64,000 nt of DNA from an uncultured virus (IMG/VR IMGVR_UViG_3300031758_000043) (Duplodnaviria > Heunggongvirae > Uroviricota > Caudoviricetes): IMG/VR virus record IMGVR_UViG_3300031758_000043, positions 1 to 64,000 of that record; one strand, given 5' to 3'. The first letter of the stretch is position 1, and every line of letters begins with the position of its first letter. A program made the position numbers and the translations under genes. The notes under the pieces are model-generated. The model was not told where the DNA came from, did no database searches, and worked only from the letters and a program-made list of their open reading frames with translations. Below are positions 60,329-64,000 of this stretch, in pieces.

Positions 60329-60595
60329 ATGAAGCTTCTTACTTTACTTACTTTTTTCACAAGCATGGGTATAGCCTTATCCCAGGAACCCATCATAAAT
60401 GATTATGTCGTGGCTACGCCAGACAGATCTAAAGTCTGGATAATAAACAATCCGACTGGTCAATTAATATACGACAACTGGCAACAGAATCCAGAATACA
60501 ATGGAATTAGGCCAAGTGTTGCCCTAGTTGAGGACCTGGAACCATATCGTAGGAGGGTAAAAAAGATGACTAAAAATTCTAAAAAAAGCAAATAA
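60329..60595 (+). CDS. Small secreted protein
   Basis: Signal-peptide-like MKLLTLLTFFTSMGIALS|Q. Confidence 0.65.
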   Translation: MKLLTLLTFFTSMGIALSQEPIINDYVVATPDRSKVWIINNPTGQLIYDNWQQNPEYNGIRPSVALVEDLEPYRRRVKKMTKNSKKSK

Positions 60596-60596
60596 T

Positions 60597-61025
60597 ATGA
60601 CTATTGCACAAGCATTAAAAGAAAAGAACAAAAAGGTGACTAAGTTATCTAGTATGTGGGACAGACTTCAGCGTTACAACGTGGTGAATGAGGGAGAGGC
60701 TAAACCGTATACTAGCGAAAATACTTGGGAGGAGATCAATCGATTAACTAGCGAACTGATAGAATTAAAGACTAGAATTCATGCGGCGTCTGAGCCTGTT
60801 CGAGCTAAGATCTTTATGCTTTCTGAACTAAAGAGCAAGGCACAACGACTAAAGGGTATGAACACAAACAATGGAACCTATAGAGATCGTTATTCTGAAA
60901 CAACTATCTCACAAGTAGCAGAGTTTGATGTGCTTTGGAAGGACGGAATGGTTGAACTTATCGAAATGGAAATAGAAACTATTCAGGAAGAACTAGATAA
61001 GTTTAACCATACAACGAACATCTAG
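60597..61025 (+). CDS. Helical coiled-coil protein resembling the DIP1984/DUF6847 family
   Basis: N-terminal MTIAQALKEKNK, LIELKTRIHAAS and C-terminal IQEELDKFNHTTNI. Confidence 0.6.
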   Translation: MTIAQALKEKNKKVTKLSSMWDRLQRYNVVNEGEAKPYTSENTWEEINRLTSELIELKTRIHAASEPVRAKIFMLSELKSKAQRLKGMNTNNGTYRDRYSETTISQVAEFDVLWKDGMVELIEMEIETIQEELDKFNHTTNI

Positions 61026-61218
61026 GGCGGGCCCAAGACTAGGGAGCGGACTATTAGTATGTGAAGCAGCAAAGCTTTGTACAACTTCTAGACTTTAAAG
61101 GATGTTAGATGGTGATTGTGAGGGTCAAGATTCAAGATTCATAATGGTTCAACACTCTTCTGTCAAACATCAAAACTCTGGATTACTTTTAGACCATCAC
61201 TTTTCACGGGCTTGCCCT
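61024..61218 (+). ncRNA. Candidate structured RNA with 7-nt periodic repeat loop
   Basis: 11-bp closing stem 61024-61034/61208-61218, nested stems, TC-initiated heptamers at 61125-61183, followed by a terminator. Confidence 0.6.
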
Positions 61219-61230
61219 CCTATATATAGA

Positions 61231-61258
61231 AGAAGAGGATCTTTCGATCCTCTTCTTT
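61231..61258. terminator. Terminator between convergent units
   Basis: AGAAGAGGATC-TTTC-GATCCTCTTCTTT. Confidence 0.85.
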
Positions 61259-61259
61259 G

Positions 61260-62189
61260 TTATAATATGATTTCTAAGATCTTTTCAGCGACGCTAATAA
61301 ATTGATCACTAGTTAATACTGGTTCTCCAGGCTGAGTCGAAACTAATGCATACACGATTCTGCTTCTATCTGAGATTCCTATTACTGCATGATCATCGTT
61401 ATCGTTACTATCTCCTCCATCGTCGTCTTCAAATTCGTGAGTTATGCCATCCGAACTTCCTGGAATCAAGATCAGGTGATTTATCGTAGGGTCTGTGTCC
61501 AATGGATCTTCCAAATTAGTCTTATAGAAAAGGGTCCAGCCAGGTATGACTTCTTCAATTGATCCGCCATTAACCGTGTCTTCATCTGAACCTACATTAC
61601 CTGTTATCGAAAATTCTGATACTGATGTATTGTCAGCAACCATCACAAAGAGTCCAGGATACATGTTTGTGAAGTACTTTGATCCTGGTCCAAAGTAAGA
61701 GTTTCCGTCGCTTACTATACCATCCATTGGAGGACTTGTGTATTCGTTCTCATCATCTTCATTATCAGCCTGAGTGTGAGTGTACGGTATGCTGGTTGCT
61801 GCTAATGGATTATCCTCGTCTATCCCACCTTCTTTAATGATATCATACAGATTAGTCAAGTTAGTGTTCAAGTAGTTTCCACCGTCGTACATATCGTCTC
61901 CTCCGTCGTTTATTCCTGGCAAAGGATCGCCAGTCTCCCCGCTCGTAGTGTAATCGTCCCAAAAAAGATAGATGTTCGGCACAAGAGCAGTGATTTCAGA
62001 ATACTTAGCATTCAATTTACTTAAAGCTAGATCTATCCACTCGCTAGTTTGGATTCTGCTGCCGCCTCCTACTCCTCCTTGAGCTTGAAGTCTCATGCGC
62101 ATTGCTTGCTCATATAGAGCCTGTTGTTCAAAGAAAGATCGCAAGTCCTTTTGTTCTCTGCTCTCTTCTCCCCAATTTATAAATGACAT
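61260..62189 (-). CDS. Acidic hypothetical late protein
   Basis: 309 aa; short N-terminal module, then a GGVGGG linker, then an Asp-rich domain. Confidence 0.7.
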   Translation of the reverse strand: MSFINWGEESREQKDLRSFFEQQALYEQAMRMRLQAQGGVGGGSRIQTSEWIDLALSKLNAKYSEITALVPNIYLFWDDYTTSGETGDPLPGINDGGDDMYDGGNYLNTNLTNLYDIIKEGGIDEDNPLAATSIPYTHTQADNEDDENEYTSPPMDGIVSDGNSYFGPGSKYFTNMYPGLFVMVADNTSVSEFSITGNVGSDEDTVNGGSIEEVIPGWTLFYKTNLEDPLDTDPTINHLILIPGSSDGITHEFEDDDGGDSNDNDDHAVIGISDRSRIVYALVSTQPGEPVLTSDQFISVAEKILEIIL

Positions 62190-62198
62190 AATAAAAGA

Positions 62199-62561
62199 TT
62201 ATTTTAGTGTAAGCAAGTATTTTAGCTTATTTACTGCAGCAAGCAGCTCATCTCTCAGGTTTAAGAGATCACTATCTCGTTGAGGATTTAACTGATTATT
62301 AAGAGACAATAGGAAATCTGTAATAGTCTCTAAGAACTCATCCTGGTTCATCTCGCCGATGTTTGATAAGATAATTTGATCATCCTTTTCTACTGCAAGA
62401 CGTCCATATTTTCCCATGTATATCTCTACGAAATCATCAGTCAGAGCGCTAAATGTATCGTATGCTTCTCCATATGCTTGGTGTCGTGCGTAGGATTGGG
62501 TCTGCCAGTGTAGTACTTTAAACTGTGACTGTATGCCCAAGAACATTGATATGATTGTCAT
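62199..62561 (-). CDS. Ferritin/Dps-like four-helix protein (DUF5856-like)
   Basis: LHWQTQSYARHQA, DDFVEIYMGKYGR and LLNLRDELLAAVNKLKYLLTL. Confidence 0.8.
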   Translation of the reverse strand: MTIISMFLGIQSQFKVLHWQTQSYARHQAYGEAYDTFSALTDDFVEIYMGKYGRLAVEKDDQIILSNIGEMNQDEFLETITDFLLSLNNQLNPQRDSDLLNLRDELLAAVNKLKYLLTLK

Positions 62562-62593
62562 CTTGTGAGTTTTTATTATTTATCTCTATAAAC

Positions 62594-62623
62594 AAAAAAA
62601 GAGGACTCTTACGAATCCTCTTT
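62594..62623 (-). terminator. Terminator after major capsid gene
   Basis: Minus strand reads AAAGAGGATTC-GTAA-GAGTCCTCTTTTTTT. Confidence 0.85.
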
Positions 62624-62644
62624 CTATATTTGCTTTTATTCAGA

Positions 62645-64000
62645 TTAGCTGAATGAAGGAGCAACACCACCAGTAAGAACTGCGATATCACCTTGGATAT
62701 CCATGTTCACATACTGAGTTTCAGGATGCCATCCACCCTCTGTGATCGCGTAACGAGATTTCATACCGATCTTAGGAGAGAATGTTCCTTCAGAGATAGT
62801 CTGAAGAGATTCAGCCATGATGTACGGCATGAATTTAACTCCAGGCTCCTCGTCTGCACCTTTACGTCCGATACAGATTCTTGGATCTCCCCAAGATAAG
62901 TTAGGATCAACGTAAACTTGTACACCGTAAACTTTACCAGCTGGGTAAAGGTTACCTGCAACACCGCCCATATCAGTAGGTACAGTTGCAATAGAGTAAC
63001 CAGCAACGTCAGCCAAAGCAGAAGCAAGGCGACCGTTGGTTACCATGAATGTACCAGCACCGAAACGACCTCTGTGGTAGATTAGGTTAGCAAGTTCAAG
63101 AACTTTAGTAACCAATCTTCTTTGCAATGTAGAAACGTTTTCGAATCCACCTGCACCAGCAGCTAGGTCAAGAGTAGTGATTCCAGCACCCTCAACTAGC
63201 GCGATCTCACCGTTGTGATAATCAGCCAATTGGAATACTCGGTCAACCAATCTCTTATTGATAGATTGAGCAAGCTCGTTAACTGCTACGTTCTCTAACA
63301 TAGAGATAACGTCGTAGTTCCAAACTCTGTTCAAGTCTTGGATCTGCTCAACAGTTGCAGAGATTGATACTTGATCAGTCTCAGCTTCAACGAACTTAGT
63401 GAACATTCTAAGACCCATTTGACGGAACTTAGAGTTCTCACCAGCTTCTCTCTTCATTGATCCAGGAACGTTTCCTGTACCAGGAAGGTAAGAACCATTG
63501 AATTGGCTGCTAGTTGAAGATGTACCAGCATCCCAGTAATCAGCATCAGAAACTGATGTGAAACCAGAAATGTGGTTCTCTAAAGCAGAAACCAACTGAA
63601 CGTTAGCTGGAACAATTGCAGCAGAAGTATCACCAGCAATAGTGAAAGTAACACCATTCAACTGAGTTGCAAGAGAATCACTAGTTCCATCGTCTTCAAG
63701 GATACGAACAATTGCCGTTCCGTCTACACGAGAGAATCCAACGAAATCTGCAGATCCACCCCAACCTGCACCACCGGGAGTAACAGCGTCACCCGCAACA
63801 GCACTGTTGAAAGTAGAGTAGTCAAAACCTACAAGTTTAACCAAGTAAGGTTCGAACTCAGAACCAGAAGTACGACCTCCAGCATATAGATAATCCAAGT
63901 AAGGAAGGAATCCAACTGGAGAATCCATAGGGATAACTGGAACTAGGTCGAAACCAATAGTTTTTGCTGCTACTTGAATAGCAACTGGTAAAAGTGATGG
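62645..64000 (-). CDS. Major capsid protein (T4 gp23-like), partial; 5' end lies beyond the window
   Basis: Frame stays open to the edge (PSLLPVAIQVAAKTIGFDLVPVIPMDSP); motifs EQIQDL, INKR, RGRFGAGTFMV, VYVDP, FMPY and PKIGMKSRY. Confidence 0.92.
   Translation of the reverse strand, partial: PSLLPVAIQVAAKTIGFDLVPVIPMDSPVGFLPYLDYLYAGGRTSGSEFEPYLVKLVGFDYSTFNSAVAGDAVTPGGAGWGGSADFVGFSRVDGTAIVRILEDDGTSDSLATQLNGVTFTIAGDTSAAIVPANVQLVSALENHISGFTSVSDADYWDAGTSSTSSQFNGSYLPGTGNVPGSMKREAGENSKFRQMGLRMFTKFVEAETDQVSISATVEQIQDLNRVWNYDVISMLENVAVNELAQSINKRLVDRVFQLADYHNGEIALVEGAGITTLDLAAGAGGFENVSTLQRRLVTKVLELANLIYHRGRFGAGTFMVTNGRLASALADVAGYSIATVPTDMGGVAGNLYPAGKVYGVQVYVDPNLSWGDPRICIGRKGADEEPGVKFMPYIMAESLQTISEGTFSPKIGMKSRYAITEGGWHPETQYVNMDIQGDIAVLTGGVAPSFS

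Noticed and set aside
61125..61183. CRISPR array or tRNA
   Set aside because: The repeats are 7 nt with no spacers, and no cloverleaf or T-loop consensus is seen. No CRISPR array or tRNA was recognised anywhere in the window.
61102..61305. 67-aa ORF in the track
   Set aside because: It runs through a terminator into the convergent gene and overlaps a region better explained as structured RNA.

Overview
A 64-kb segment of a large T4-like (myovirus, probably jumbo) phage genome, read in the standard genetic code. The probable host is Bacteroidota: no Shine-Dalgarno motifs are apparent, signal peptides end before Gln, and there are Hc1-like and PolB-exo2-like genes. The minus strand mostly carries late/virion genes: large structural proteins, gp55-like late sigma factor, tail sheath, tail tube and a partial major capsid protein. 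The plus strand mostly carries replication, recombination, repair and nucleotide genes: gp32, RNase H, the N-terminal half of a split PolB, UvsX, gp41, gp46/47, topoisomerase II, NrdAB, gp56-like dCTPase, gp42-like dCMP-modifying enzyme, dCMP deaminase, UvsE, a NEIL1-like glycosylase and DinG. It also carries GroEL/GroES, an S1-like protein and a SulP transporter. The main unexplained signals are: (1) a ~195-nt structured non-coding element with a 7-nt periodic TCAANNN array directly behind a small helical protein gene; (2) repeated divergent cassettes pairing a putative capsid-packaged protein with a secreted protein across a conserved intergenic block; (3) a family of at least 11 proteins with T4 capsid-targeting-like N-termini; (4) a probable modified-cytosine pathway; (5) an origin-like repeat and G-rich element. 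All family assignments come from motif recognition by eye; no database search was run.
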